This document shows positions 21,149 through 31,029 of a DNA stretch of 64,000 nt, piece by piece. The stretch comes from Deltaproteobacteria bacterium (lineage in GTDB: Bacteria; Myxococcota; Kuafuiibacteriia; Kuafuiibacteriales; Kuafuiibacteriaceae): the NCBI GenBank assembly GCA_040218735.1, contig JAVJQW010000057.1:352001-416000 (forward strand). The letters are read 5' to 3'. The position numbers and the translations under genes are program-made. Position 1 is the stretch's first letter, and every line of letters starts with the position of its first letter. The notes beneath the pieces are model-generated. The model was not told the origin of the DNA, searched no databases, and saw only the letters and a program-made list of their open reading frames with translations.

Positions 21149-22081
21149 GTGGGTGTGGTGGTCTTCGATGGTGTGGTGCTCGGCGACGTCGCGGTGCCGT
21201 GCGAGGTGTTGGGGAGAGTCCAAGGGCCGGACGGCCGACCCGCATACGACGTGCGAGTCTGCAGTGCCCGCGCCGAAGTCGAGACGGCGCACGTCTCCAT
21301 CAAGCCCGGGTGGCGCCTCGCATCCCTCGCGCGTTGTGACACGGTGATCGTTCCGGGTATCGACGACGTCACCGGCCCGATGCCCGGCGAGATCGTTCGC
21401 GCGATTCAGCGAGCCGCCGACAGAGGCGCGCGCATCGCGTCGATCTGCAGCGGCGCGTTCATCCTCGCGGCCACGGGGCTGTTGGATGGAATGCGCGCGA
21501 CGACGCATTGGCTTGGCGCTCCGTTGCTCCAGGAGCGGTACCCGGACATCGAGGTCGATCCGGACGTGCTGTACGTCGACCACGGCCACATCCTCACGTC
21601 CGCGGGCGCCGCCGCCGGGATGGATCTCTGCATTCACATCGTTCGCTCCGACCTCGGCGCGGAGGTCGCGGCGCACGTCGCACGCCTCTCCGTCATGCCG
21701 CTCGAGCGTGCCGGGGGGCAGGCACAGTTCATCGACCATCCATCACCGGACGCCGACGGAGAGTCACTGAGCGAGCTCCTCGGGTGGATCGAGCGAAACC
21801 TCAGGAGCCCGCTCACGCTGCCGGTCATCGCGCAACGGGCCGCGATGAGCACGCGTACCTTTTCCCGACGATTCCGCGAGCAAACCGGAACGACGCCGGC
21901 GCAGTGGATCATTCGAGCCCGCGTTCGCGAGGCGCGACGTCTCCTCGAGACCACTCGGCTCTCGGTGGAGCACATCGCGACGAACGTCGGCTTCGGATCG
22001 TCCGCGGTGTTGCGACAGCGCTTCGCTCAGCTCGTCGGCACGAGTCCTCGCGCGTACCGAAGCGCTTTTAGTCGCGCCTGA
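21149..22081 (+). CDS. GlxA-family transcriptional regulator (DJ-1/PfpI plus AraC HTH)
   Basis: IASICSGAFILAATGLLDG-RATTHW, LTSAGAAAGMDLC, RAGGQAQF and AraC HTH MSTRTFSRRF. Start uncertain (21092 or 21149); 21056 collides with the divergent gene. Confidence 0.92.
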   Translation: MGVVVFDGVVLGDVAVPCEVLGRVQGPDGRPAYDVRVCSARAEVETAHVSIKPGWRLASLARCDTVIVPGIDDVTGPMPGEIVRAIQRAADRGARIASICSGAFILAATGLLDGMRATTHWLGAPLLQERYPDIEVDPDVLYVDHGHILTSAGAAAGMDLCIHIVRSDLGAEVAAHVARLSVMPLERAGGQAQFIDHPSPDADGESLSELLGWIERNLRSPLTLPVIAQRAAMSTRTFSRRFREQTGTTPAQWIIRARVREARRLLETTRLSVEHIATNVGFGSSAVLRQRFAQLVGTSPRAYRSAFSRA

Positions 22082-22096
22082 CTCATAAGAACGCCG

Positions 22097-23374
22097 GTGA
22101 TGTGCAACCAAGGACACGTGGTAGAACCGACGCGGAACCGCCGCAGGCTTGCTCCCTGCCTCGCGGTGTGGGGAGCCATCGCGGTCGCCGGCTGTGGTGA
22201 CGCGGAAGCCGAGTGCCGGTTCGTCCCCAAGAAGACCAGTCATGCGCCTGCTTCGCCAGCGAGCGATCAGCTCTTCGATCGCACTTTCCTGCACGATGTC
22301 GTTCTCGAGCTGGCGCCGAGCGATCTCCCGTCTCTGAGCGGAACCACAGGCCCTCTCGACAAACCCGACCGCGTCCCCGTCATGGTTCGCTTCGATCACA
22401 TCGAGACGACGGGCCAGATTCGCCTGAAGGGATTGTCGACCTACGTCGGCATCGACGACCGCGCGTCCTTCTCGATCAAGTTCGAAGGAGACAACCGCCT
22501 GGCGAGCATGAAGAAGATCGTCCTCAACAGCACGCTTCACGATTCGACGCTGGTGCGTGCGCCTGTCGCCTACGCCCTCGCGGCCAAGATCGGGCTCGCC
22601 GCCCCACGTGCCGCCTACGCTCGTGTCACTCTGAACGGTGAGCTCATGGGGCTCTACAATGTCATCGAGCCCATCAACAAGCAGTTCCTGGCCGCTCACT
22701 TCGGTGAGGAGCAGGCCTGGGGCAACTTGTACGAGGCCTCGGACTTCTCGCTGCTCGCGCCGGGCGGGCCGGGCTCGAAACCTCCCGACCTCAAGGACGA
22801 AGACGAGGGGCGGTGTCGAGGGGATCTCGAGGAGCTGCAGAACGCGCTCGGGTCCGCGACTTCGGAGCAATTCGTCGACGCCCTCGACGCCCGCGTCGAT
22901 GTCGACCAGCTCTTACGGCTCGTTGCGCTGGAGAATGTCATTGTCCGAACGGACGGCTTCTCGGACGCGCGCAACAACTTCTACCTGTACCGCCCCCCAA
23001 CGCCGCAATCTCGGTGGGTGATGCTCCCGTGGGGGATGGATACGCTGCTGGCGAGTGCTGACCGCGACCCCTGGGAGCTGCGAGGCTCGGACAGCGGGCC
23101 GGACCTGGCTTCGCCGCTCGTGCACAGGATGGCGCAGGCCAGCGAGCTCGTCGCGCGGTACCGTCCTGTCGTCGACGAAGCCGCGGAAGCGTTCGAGGCG
23201 TCCGTGGTCGAAAGTGAGCTCGAGCGGGTGTCGTCGTTCTTCGAGTCCGAGGTCGTGGAGCGACCGCTGTCCGCGCGGCTCCAGGCCGAGGCGCGGGACT
23301 TCGCCGAACAGGCGCCCCTCTTGCGGCAGATCGTTCGGTCGCGCGCAGCCTACCTGCAGGCGGGGCGGCCGTGA
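22097..23374 (+). CDS. CotH kinase family lipoprotein
   Basis: Lipobox VAGC; IRLKG, SFSIKF, LNGELMGLY-x3-E, GNLYE, DG...NNFYLY and LPWGMD motifs. Confidence 0.85.
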   Translation: MMCNQGHVVEPTRNRRRLAPCLAVWGAIAVAGCGDAEAECRFVPKKTSHAPASPASDQLFDRTFLHDVVLELAPSDLPSLSGTTGPLDKPDRVPVMVRFDHIETTGQIRLKGLSTYVGIDDRASFSIKFEGDNRLASMKKIVLNSTLHDSTLVRAPVAYALAAKIGLAAPRAAYARVTLNGELMGLYNVIEPINKQFLAAHFGEEQAWGNLYEASDFSLLAPGGPGSKPPDLKDEDEGRCRGDLEELQNALGSATSEQFVDALDARVDVDQLLRLVALENVIVRTDGFSDARNNFYLYRPPTPQSRWVMLPWGMDTLLASADRDPWELRGSDSGPDLASPLVHRMAQASELVARYRPVVDEAAEAFEASVVESELERVSSFFESEVVERPLSARLQAEARDFAEQAPLLRQIVRSRAAYLQAGRP

Positions 23375-23402
23375 TGCTTCACCGTCCCGCGGAGTGAACG
23401 GC

Positions 23403-26400
23403 CTAGCGGCGGCGCCTCGCGAACAAGGCAAGGAGCACGAGGAACGCGTAGGCGCCGGGGCGACGGCCTTCCGTGGTGTTGCACCCGCACCCGTCGTCCG
23501 CGGGGGGCGCCTCCGTTCCGGCGTCCGAGGTGACGCCGCCGTCTGCGGGCGACGTCGTACCGCCGTCGGCGACGCCGCTGTCGCGCTCGGGGGCGGTGGT
23601 CTCGACGCACTCGTTCGGGCCCGAGTCACACGGGACGTCGGGGGCGAGGGAGGTGCCGTCGAGCGCGAGGAGGTAGGCGAGCAGGTCGTCGCGCCCGGCG
23701 ACGTCGCCGTGGCGATCGAGGACGTCGTCGAGCGTCGCCGCGGAGCCGTCGTGGAAGTACGGCGCCGTGGCGAACACCCCGCGGAGCGTCGGGGTGTCGA
23801 AGCCGACACCGGCGAGCGGTTCACCGATCCCCTGCCCGCTCGTGGGTTGGATGGTGCCGACGTCGTGGCGCATGCCGTCGGTGAACGTCGCGCCCGTGTG
23901 GCAGGTCGCGCAGCCTTCGGCGATGAACACTTCGCGACCGCGGCGGGCTTCGAGGGTGAGGCTCGCGTCCGCGGCGCGGTGCGGGCTCGCGGGGTAGTCG
24001 ACGAGCGACGCGACGTACGCGGCGAGATCGTCGAGCTCTTGCGAGAGGCCGGCCTTCGGCGCGCCGAGCGGATCGGCGGTGCGCGCGAAGTCTTCGTCGG
24101 TGAGGAAGCCGCGACCGCCGAAGGCGTTGCGGATGTCGTTCTCGAAGTCCTGGATCTCGTCGAAGTTCGCGGTCCAGTGCACGTCGCCGTGCCCGAGGCC
24201 GGCGCGGCCGTTCAGCGCGATGGTGTTGCGGAGCCCCTCGCCCGCCTGCGTGAAGTCCCACGTGCGCCCGTCGTGCCCGCCGTCGAGGTGGCAGCTCGCG
24301 CAGGAGATGTAGCTGTCGCGGCTCATCCGTTCGTCGGAGGCGTCGTAGAAGACGCGTTTGCCCGCGAGCACGTTCGCCGGGAGCGCTTCCTGGGTGACGG
24401 TGACGGTCTCGCCGAGCGGGAGCACCGCGTTGCTCGTGCCGTCGAGGAGGCCGGCGACGTCGTAGTAACTCACGCTGCGCGAGAGAAAGTTGTAGACGGC
24501 GAGGCGCCCGGAGGCCGCGTCGAGCGCGAGGCCCTGCGGCGCGCGGCCCACCTCGAACTGCGAGACACGCTCGCGTTTGGCGACGTCGAAGACGTCGACT
24601 TCGTTGACGCCCTGCGAGGCGACGAAGAGGAGATCGGCGTACGGGCTGACCGCGGTGGCGAGCACGAGGTCGCGATCGTTGACGTCGTAGCGCGCCGACA
24701 CCGCGGCGCTCGCGGTCGCGACCGCGAACGGTGAGACGACGGTGCGCACGCGGGTCTCGAACGTGAGCGCATCCCCGTCGCGAACGAGGCCGCGCGCGAT
24801 GTTGTCCTTCTTGCTCGCGACGTAGCCGGTGACACCGTCCGGTGCGATCTGGACGTCGGCGACGTAGTTGGGGACGCCGCGCCCCGTCGCCTCGGTGTCG
24901 GGGCCGGGGTCGAACGGAAGCGCCACGACGTCGATCGGCGCGAGGGTGTCGGCGGAGAGCACGTGCACCTCGCCGCGGTCGTCCGGGGAGATGAAGCGGG
25001 TGACGTAGATACGACCGTCGAACCAGGTGAGCCCGTGCGCGGTGGGGATGCCGGTCGCGCGGGCCTCTTCGGTGCCGTCGGCGCGCAGTCGCACGACGGC
25101 GCCGGTCGCTTCGAGGGCGACGAAGACCGCGCCGTCGGGGGCCACGACCACGCCGTGCGGGGCGGCGTTGACGTCGAGGGGAATCGTGCGGGCGACGTCA
25201 CCGGACGTCGCGTCGAGGACGACGAGGCGGGAGCCTTCGTAGTCCGTCACCCAGACGCGGTCGCCCTCGACCGCGAGCGTTGCGGGGCGGCCGCCGACGC
25301 GCGTCGTCCATCCGAGGCCGCCCGCGTTGGCGCGTGTGACGGTGCCGTTGTCGGGGTTGACGTTGATCGTGTCGCCGCCGACCCACGCGAGCCGCGACGC
25401 GGCGCGCGCCGGGACGTCGACGAGGGGGCGGTGCACGATCTTCACGCCGGAGCAGGTGTTGCCGAGCGGGCCGTCGATCACCGTGAGCCCGATCGGGTGG
25501 CGGCCCGGCGGGAGGAAGACGGAGGGGGAGGGATCCGTGAACGTCTGGCCGGCGACGCGCCACTCGTAGGTGCCGTTCGCGGGGCCCATCGCGGAGAGCG
25601 TGACGGTGCCGGTCACGACCGGCGTGCGATCGATCGCGCAGGGGACCTCGTCCGGGATGATCACGACGGAGTACATGCTGTCGGCGCCGTTGCTCCCGAG
25701 CGCGCCGTTGCCGCCGACGGTGACTTGGCCGGGGCCGAACCGGCGACTGAACGCGTCGCGCGGCGTGTCGGTGGTGTCGACGGTCTCTCCGGTCGCGGTG
25801 TAGCCGCTCATCCAGTTGGGCGTGCTCGACGCGCGTGCGTCGTAGAGGATGACGACCTCCGCGGGTGCGAGCAGATCGAAGCTCAGGAAGTTGGAGAGGA
25901 AGTTGCCGCTGTCGACGTTGGCGGTGATGAGGTACGGCTGCCGCGCGAAGCGCTCCGGGAACCCGGGCTCGAAGACGTAGTTGCGATCGCTGTAGAGGAC
26001 CCGGCCGCTGTCGAACGTGCCGATCGCGTAGGTGCCGAAGCCGATGTTGAGGTCGACGTTGTCGACGGCCGCGGTGGGGGAGAACGGCACCGAGCCGTCG
26101 CCCGTCGTGAACGTGCCTTCGAATCGCACCGACGCGTTCTGCGCGAGGTCGCGCACGCCCTCGGCGACGATCGTGTAGGTCGTGGCGACCTCCAGCGGAG
26201 CGACCGGCGCGAGGTTGACGAGCCCCATCTGCGCGGAGACCACGGTGGGCACGACGTTCCCCATCGCGTCCTCGAGGTGGAGCGTGGTCGCCGAGAGGCT
26301 CGCGACGTCGATGTGGTCGGAGAAGCTCAGGCCGACGCGCGTGGTGAGCGCGACGTCTGCGCTGCCGGTGGGCGGGTGCATCCACTCGACCGCCGGCGGG

Positions 26401-27479
26401 GTCGTGTCGGGCGCCGCCTGGTGCGGGATGAGCGCGGTGCCGACGCCGTGGTCGTCGCCGACGAACACGACGTTGCCGAGCACCGTCGAGAAGTCCTCGT
26501 CGCGGTCGGTGCGGTCGGAGCTCCCCGTGCCGATCTGCATCGGCGGCGAGATTTGGAACTTGGCGTAGTTGTTCGAGAAGCCGGAGTGGAAGTAGCCGTC
26601 CTGGTACGAGCCGTACCCGCCGGAGTCGAAGAAGAAGCCGACGGAGTCGAGGAGCGAGATGTTCCCGTCCGGCGTGACCTGCAGGAACGTGGCGCGCGGC
26701 GGGATGTTGCCAGAGACGAGGATCTTGCCGTCGCCCGCGAACAGGTGGCTGTACCCCGAGCGGCCGTCGAACTGTCGGAGGAGCCGCGGGGCGTCGGGGA
26801 CGGAGACGTCGAGGGTCGCGACGGAGCGCCCTTGGGTCTCCATGATCACCGCGAGGTTGCCGACGACGAAGACCTGCGCGGGGCTGACGCCGCCGAGATC
26901 ACCGGTCGGCGTCTGGGAGAGGACGACCGGGTTCAGCGGGTCGGTCGCGTCGACGACGTACAGGCCGGAGTCGACCCCCGCGACGTAGAGGTACGGCGCC
27001 TGCCAGAACAGCCACCAATCACCGCTGTAGTCGCCGCGGCTGATCCCGTTCATGTCGAGGTACGAGAGGAGTTGGATCGCCATCGGGTTGGTGACGTCCC
27101 AGATCTGAACGCCGTCCACGCCCTGCGCCGCGAGGAGTAGCTGTGTGCCGACCCACGCGAGTGAGAAGCCGTGCGCCTCGCGCAGGCCGTGGGTGTCCGT
27201 GTTGTCGTAGCGAACCGCCAACGTGGGGCTGCGCGGGTTGGACACGTCCCAGAACTCGATGCCTCCGTTGTTGGCGTTGCCGCCCCCGTCACTCGAGTAG
27301 ATGACCATCAGGTAGCCCTGAACGATCGCCACGTTCCCGTGACCCTCGGGGCTCTCGACGAAGCCGACCGGCGTGAAGACCTCGCTCGCGTTGTACGTGA
27401 GGTTGCCGAGCCCCGGCCCGACCTGGGCCGAAGCGGTGGAGGCCGCGAACAGGAACGCGGTCGCGAGAGCCCAACGCAT
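23403..27479 (-). CDS. Surface-anchored multidomain protein: LVIVD repeats, Ig-like/PKD domains, YncE-type propeller, diheme cytochrome c peroxidase-like domain, MYXO-CTERM
   Basis: Signal peptide, YLYVAG...GLYVVD repeats and a DTTPPAV Big-like domain. Two CxxCH motifs (CASCH, CATCH), HWTANFDEIQDFE and DTPTLRGVFATAPYFHDGSA. C-terminus GCGC...FLVLLALFARRRR. Confidence 0.85.
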   Translation of the reverse strand: MRWALATAFLFAASTASAQVGPGLGNLTYNASEVFTPVGFVESPEGHGNVAIVQGYLMVIYSSDGGGNANNGGIEFWDVSNPRSPTLAVRYDNTDTHGLREAHGFSLAWVGTQLLLAAQGVDGVQIWDVTNPMAIQLLSYLDMNGISRGDYSGDWWLFWQAPYLYVAGVDSGLYVVDATDPLNPVVLSQTPTGDLGGVSPAQVFVVGNLAVIMETQGRSVATLDVSVPDAPRLLRQFDGRSGYSHLFAGDGKILVSGNIPPRATFLQVTPDGNISLLDSVGFFFDSGGYGSYQDGYFHSGFSNNYAKFQISPPMQIGTGSSDRTDRDEDFSTVLGNVVFVGDDHGVGTALIPHQAAPDTTPPAVEWMHPPTGSADVALTTRVGLSFSDHIDVASLSATTLHLEDAMGNVVPTVVSAQMGLVNLAPVAPLEVATTYTIVAEGVRDLAQNASVRFEGTFTTGDGSVPFSPTAAVDNVDLNIGFGTYAIGTFDSGRVLYSDRNYVFEPGFPERFARQPYLITANVDSGNFLSNFLSFDLLAPAEVVILYDARASSTPNWMSGYTATGETVDTTDTPRDAFSRRFGPGQVTVGGNGALGSNGADSMYSVVIIPDEVPCAIDRTPVVTGTVTLSAMGPANGTYEWRVAGQTFTDPSPSVFLPPGRHPIGLTVIDGPLGNTCSGVKIVHRPLVDVPARAASRLAWVGGDTINVNPDNGTVTRANAGGLGWTTRVGGRPATLAVEGDRVWVTDYEGSRLVVLDATSGDVARTIPLDVNAAPHGVVVAPDGAVFVALEATGAVVRLRADGTEEARATGIPTAHGLTWFDGRIYVTRFISPDDRGEVHVLSADTLAPIDVVALPFDPGPDTEATGRGVPNYVADVQIAPDGVTGYVASKKDNIARGLVRDGDALTFETRVRTVVSPFAVATASAAVSARYDVNDRDLVLATAVSPYADLLFVASQGVNEVDVFDVAKRERVSQFEVGRAPQGLALDAASGRLAVYNFLSRSVSYYDVAGLLDGTSNAVLPLGETVTVTQEALPANVLAGKRVFYDASDERMSRDSYISCASCHLDGGHDGRTWDFTQAGEGLRNTIALNGRAGLGHGDVHWTANFDEIQDFENDIRNAFGGRGFLTDEDFARTADPLGAPKAGLSQELDDLAAYVASLVDYPASPHRAADASLTLEARRGREVFIAEGCATCHTGATFTDGMRHDVGTIQPTSGQGIGEPLAGVGFDTPTLRGVFATAPYFHDGSAATLDDVLDRHGDVAGRDDLLAYLLALDGTSLAPDVPCDSGPNECVETTAPERDSGVADGGTTSPADGGVTSDAGTEAPPADDGCGCNTTEGRRPGAYAFLVLLALFARRRR

Positions 27480-27524
27480 TGAAATCAGGAGCTATCAGTT
27501 CGGTCCGCGAACGAAAACCGGACG

Positions 27525-27899
27525 TCAGGCGCTCATGACCGAAGCGGCGTCGCTTCGCGTTCGTTCCACGGCGCGAACGAGGAATCGAACGGCATCGGCC
27601 AGATCCGCCTCGGAGCGCACCAGGAGCGTCGCTGCGCCCCCCGCCGCCGGGATGATCAACCGCGAGCGCCCCGGCGCCCGCCACAGACCCGTGACGTCGA
27701 TGCGAACCGCCCGTTTCCGGGGCCTGCAGCGCACGTAGGCCAGCGCTCGCCCGTCACAGTCGAGCCGTCGGTACGGTGCGGGGCCGGTACAGAGGACCGT
27801 CCCCTCGGAGACGCCGAGCGCCGGTTCCATGACGACACCCTGAATGAGTTTGTGCGCGAGCGTGTGGAGCCAATCGGCGACGTTCTGGTGCCTGTTCAT
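27525..27899 (-). CDS. Hypothetical protein (124 aa)
   Basis: ATG at 27899; globular-looking sequence filling the gap between aceK and the cytochrome gene. The upstream part of the listed ORF overlaps aceK. Confidence 0.5.
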   Translation of the reverse strand: MNRHQNVADWLHTLAHKLIQGVVMEPALGVSEGTVLCTGPAPYRRLDCDGRALAYVRCRPRKRAVRIDVTGLWRAPGRSRLIIPAAGGAATLLVRSEADLADAVRFLVRAVERTRSDAASVMSA

Positions 27900-27988
27900 G
27901 CGCCGATGACAACGCAGGATGTGGGCCAACTCGGGCGCGCTCGATCTGTATGAAATTGGGTTCGGTCCGTCCGGCGTTCGTTCGAATT

Positions 27989-29740
27989 TCAGTCGGACGA
28001 ATCCGGACGTTGGGACGGCGCCGGCTCGAGTCTCGCCGAAGGGTCGTACGGGAACACGTCGAGCAGCTCCCCGGCCGCGACCTGCTCCTGCGTCTGCTGC
28101 CAGAAGGGGACGTCGAACAGATCGCCGTGGTGCTCGCGCATGACCTCGCGCAGTCGCTCCGTCCGCCAGAGGAACCGCGCGAACTCCTGCGGGAAGACGT
28201 CGTTCTCTCCCACGAAGAACCAAGGCTCGCTCGCCATCTCCTCGTCATCGTCCGCCGGCTCCGGCAGGCGCCGGAACTGCACCTGATTCAGCGGGCACAG
28301 CTCGTCGTAGTCGTAGAAGACGACGCGGCCGTGGCGCGTCACGCCGAAGTTCTTCACCAGGAGGTCACCCGGGAAGATGTTCGCCTTCGCGAGGTCCTTG
28401 ATCGCGTGGCCGTAGTCGATCACGGCCCGCTCCGCGCGCTCCGCGTTGACCTCCTCGACGTACAGGTTCAGCGGGTTCAGGCGGCGCTCCGTGTAGAGGT
28501 GATCGATGACGACCTTGTCGCCTCGAACGTGCACCGTCTGCCCCGCCTTCTCGAGCAGCTCGTCGAGGAGCTCCGGCTCGAAGCGCTCCTTGTCGAACAC
28601 CAACGCCTCGAACTCCTGCGCATCGATCAAACGCCCGACGCGCTCGTGCGCGAACACCAGCCGGTAGGTGTCCTTCACATCTTCGCGTGACGCCGTCTTC
28701 GGCGCCTCGAACTTGTCCCGGATGATCTTGAACACCAGCTCCAGCGACGGGAGCATGAACACCGTCATCACCATGCCCTTCACCCCGGGCGCCGCACGGA
28801 ACTTGTCGGTGGTGTGCGCGAGGTGCCGGTGCAGCCCGCGGTACAGCACGGTCTTGCCGTGTTTGACGTAGCCCAGCGCGATGTACAGCTCCGCGATCGG
28901 CTTCACGGGGAGGATCGAGCGCAGGAACCCGATCAGCTCCGACGGACGCTCCGCGTCCACGAAGAAGTAGAACCGGGTGAAGCTGAAGACCTTGCTCGCC
29001 TCGTCCTCGGTGAGGAGCACGGCGTCCGCCCGCACGCCGCCCTCCTCGTTCACCAGCGGGAGCACGAACGGGAGCGCCCGGTTCGCGCGACGCACCCGGC
29101 CGACGAGGTACGCCCCCTTGTTCCGGAAGAAGACGGGCTTCGCGACCTCGATCGCGTCGAACTCGGCGTGCAGCCACGCCTTCGTCAGGTGCCGGTCGAT
29201 CACCGCCGCCACGCGCAGCGCACACCGCGCCGCGTCCTGGTACGGCACCGCGAACGCGTAGGCGTCGAGGATGTCCCCCACCACCTGCTTCGTGTCCTGG
29301 GTGCGAAAGAAGCTCTGATAGATCGGCGTCTCGTCGCCGGAGGGGAGGATCTCGTTGTCGAACCAGACGAACTCGATCTCGGTGTCCACCCCCGAGGTCC
29401 TGAACAACGCACGCGTGACGGAGTTGAAGAACGTCTCCGCGAGCTCCTCGTCACTGCGGTAGGCGATGCGCTTCGAGTACGCGATCTTCACCTGCTCCCA
29501 GAGCGCGCGGTCGAGCACGTCGTCCTGCAGGATGGCGCGCGCCTCCTGCTTCATCCGCTCCTTGACCTTCGCGTAGATGCCGAGCCGTTCGACCGCCCCG
29601 GCCTGCGCCGCCTTCCAGTCTCGGGTCTCGAACCACACCCGCGCCTTGCGCGTGATCGCCCGGTGCTCGGCCCGCATGCTGTCGAGCACCGTGATGATCG
29701 TGCTCGTTATCTGTTGGACGCGCGGATCCGACCCCGTCAT
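27989..29740 (-). CDS. aceK: Bifunctional isocitrate dehydrogenase kinase/phosphatase
   Basis: ELAETFFNSV, FFRNKGAYLVGR, APGVKGMVM, VFKIIRDKF and NIFPGDLLVKNFGVTRHGRVVFYDYDE. Confidence 0.97.
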   Translation of the reverse strand: MTGSDPRVQQITSTIITVLDSMRAEHRAITRKARVWFETRDWKAAQAGAVERLGIYAKVKERMKQEARAILQDDVLDRALWEQVKIAYSKRIAYRSDEELAETFFNSVTRALFRTSGVDTEIEFVWFDNEILPSGDETPIYQSFFRTQDTKQVVGDILDAYAFAVPYQDAARCALRVAAVIDRHLTKAWLHAEFDAIEVAKPVFFRNKGAYLVGRVRRANRALPFVLPLVNEEGGVRADAVLLTEDEASKVFSFTRFYFFVDAERPSELIGFLRSILPVKPIAELYIALGYVKHGKTVLYRGLHRHLAHTTDKFRAAPGVKGMVMTVFMLPSLELVFKIIRDKFEAPKTASREDVKDTYRLVFAHERVGRLIDAQEFEALVFDKERFEPELLDELLEKAGQTVHVRGDKVVIDHLYTERRLNPLNLYVEEVNAERAERAVIDYGHAIKDLAKANIFPGDLLVKNFGVTRHGRVVFYDYDELCPLNQVQFRRLPEPADDDEEMASEPWFFVGENDVFPQEFARFLWRTERLREVMREHHGDLFDVPFWQQTQEQVAAGELLDVFPYDPSARLEPAPSQRPDSSD

Positions 29741-29752
29741 GCGACGCAGAGT

Positions 29753-30367
29753 TCAACACCCAATGCCGCACGCGTACAACGTCAGCTGGTAGTCGACCGT
29801 GCACTGGCCTCGCGCCCCCGCCCGCTCGAGCTTGTGCTGCACGTTGCTGCGCAGGATCCCCGACTCGGGGTCCGACGTCTCGATCTGCACGACCACCAAC
29901 ACAAACGTCATGCCGTTGGACGCCGGCTCGTCGACGGCGGCCGCTCCGGTGAACACCGTCGGCCGCCGCGTCTCTCGCGTCAGCACGAGCGGGTCCGCGG
30001 TGAAGTTCGCGCGCGTGTCGAGCCCACTCAGCGCCAGGTAGTCCTGCGCCATGGCGAGCTCGGTGTATCCATCCGCGAGCCCCGCCGTCGCCGCCGTCCG
30101 CATGCCCAGCGGGTCGGCGAGGTCCTCGAGATCGTCCGTGCAGATCACCCGCGCCGGGTTGCTCTGGAACACGAGCTGATACCGCCCCACGAGCTCGGGC
30201 GGACCGCCGTCGACGTCGCCACCGTCGCGCTCCTCGTCGAAACCACCGTCGCGGCCCCCGTCGTAGTCGACGGAGCCGTCGGGCGCGACGAGGTCACCGA
30301 GGAAGACCGTGTCCCCGCACGCGGCGAGCGCGAACGCCAAGGCGAGCGCCGGGGAGCGGGGGGTCAT
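29753..30367 (-). CDS. Hypothetical lipoprotein
   Basis: Lipobox LAAC and DGG/RDGG linker; coupled to the upstream gene by a 4-bp overlap. Confidence 0.75.
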   Translation of the reverse strand: MTPRSPALALAFALAACGDTVFLGDLVAPDGSVDYDGGRDGGFDEERDGGDVDGGPPELVGRYQLVFQSNPARVICTDDLEDLADPLGMRTAATAGLADGYTELAMAQDYLALSGLDTRANFTADPLVLTRETRRPTVFTGAAAVDEPASNGMTFVLVVVQIETSDPESGILRSNVQHKLERAGARGQCTVDYQLTLYACGIGC

Positions 30368-31029
30368 TCGAGGAGCGTACCAAACCCTGCGGCGTGTGAG
30401 CTCTCGGGGTACCGCGCGACGAACGCACGCGCGGCGTCCTTCGCTTCGGCCGTTCGGCCTGCGTCGCGGAGCACACCCACGCGGAGCGCGTCCGCCTCCT
30501 CGCGCAGCATCCCGGACGGGAATCGACGCCCGTAGGTCGAGAGCAGACGCAGCGCACGATCGTGGCGGCCAGCGGCATGCGCCGCGCGCGCCGAATCGAT
30601 CGACTGCACCTCGGCCTCCAGCCCCTGAGGTCGCTTCTTCGCGACCGGCGCGGGGCGCTTCGCCGGCTCGACCGCCGGGGGCGCCTCGATCGTCTCGGGG
30701 AGCTCGATCGTCAGGACCTCGGCGGGCTCCGGCTCCGGCTCCACCGCGGGGACTTCGATCGCCGGTGGCGGCGCCGGTTCGGGCGACTTCGTCAGCACCA
30801 CGCCGACGGCGACCGACGTGCCGAGCGCCGCGACGATCGCGAGCTTCGTGCCGAGGGCCATCGACCCGGCGGCCGCAGCCGACACGGGGGCCGCCGCGAC
30901 GCCCAAGCCGATGGCGACGCGCGCGGCGCGGCGCGCGCCGTCGCTGGGGACGTCGACGTCCGACGAGGACAGGAGCTGCTTGGACACTTCGTCCTCGCCA
31001 TCGATCAGACGGGAAAACTCGTCGGTCAT
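30364..31029 (-). CDS. Putative anti-sigma factor (TM, Pro-rich linker, TPR-like C-terminus)
   Basis: Lies directly downstream of the ECF sigma with a 4-bp overlap. Ala/Gly TM, PEPAP linker, and LEAEV..IDSARAA...YGRRFPSG.LREEA...FVARYPES helical repeat. Confidence 0.75.
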   Translation of the reverse strand: MTDEFSRLIDGEDEVSKQLLSSSDVDVPSDGARRAARVAIGLGVAAAPVSAAAAGSMALGTKLAIVAALGTSVAVGVVLTKSPEPAPPPAIEVPAVEPEPEPAEVLTIELPETIEAPPAVEPAKRPAPVAKKRPQGLEAEVQSIDSARAAHAAGRHDRALRLLSTYGRRFPSGMLREEADALRVGVLRDAGRTAEAKDAARAFVARYPESSHAAGFGTLLE

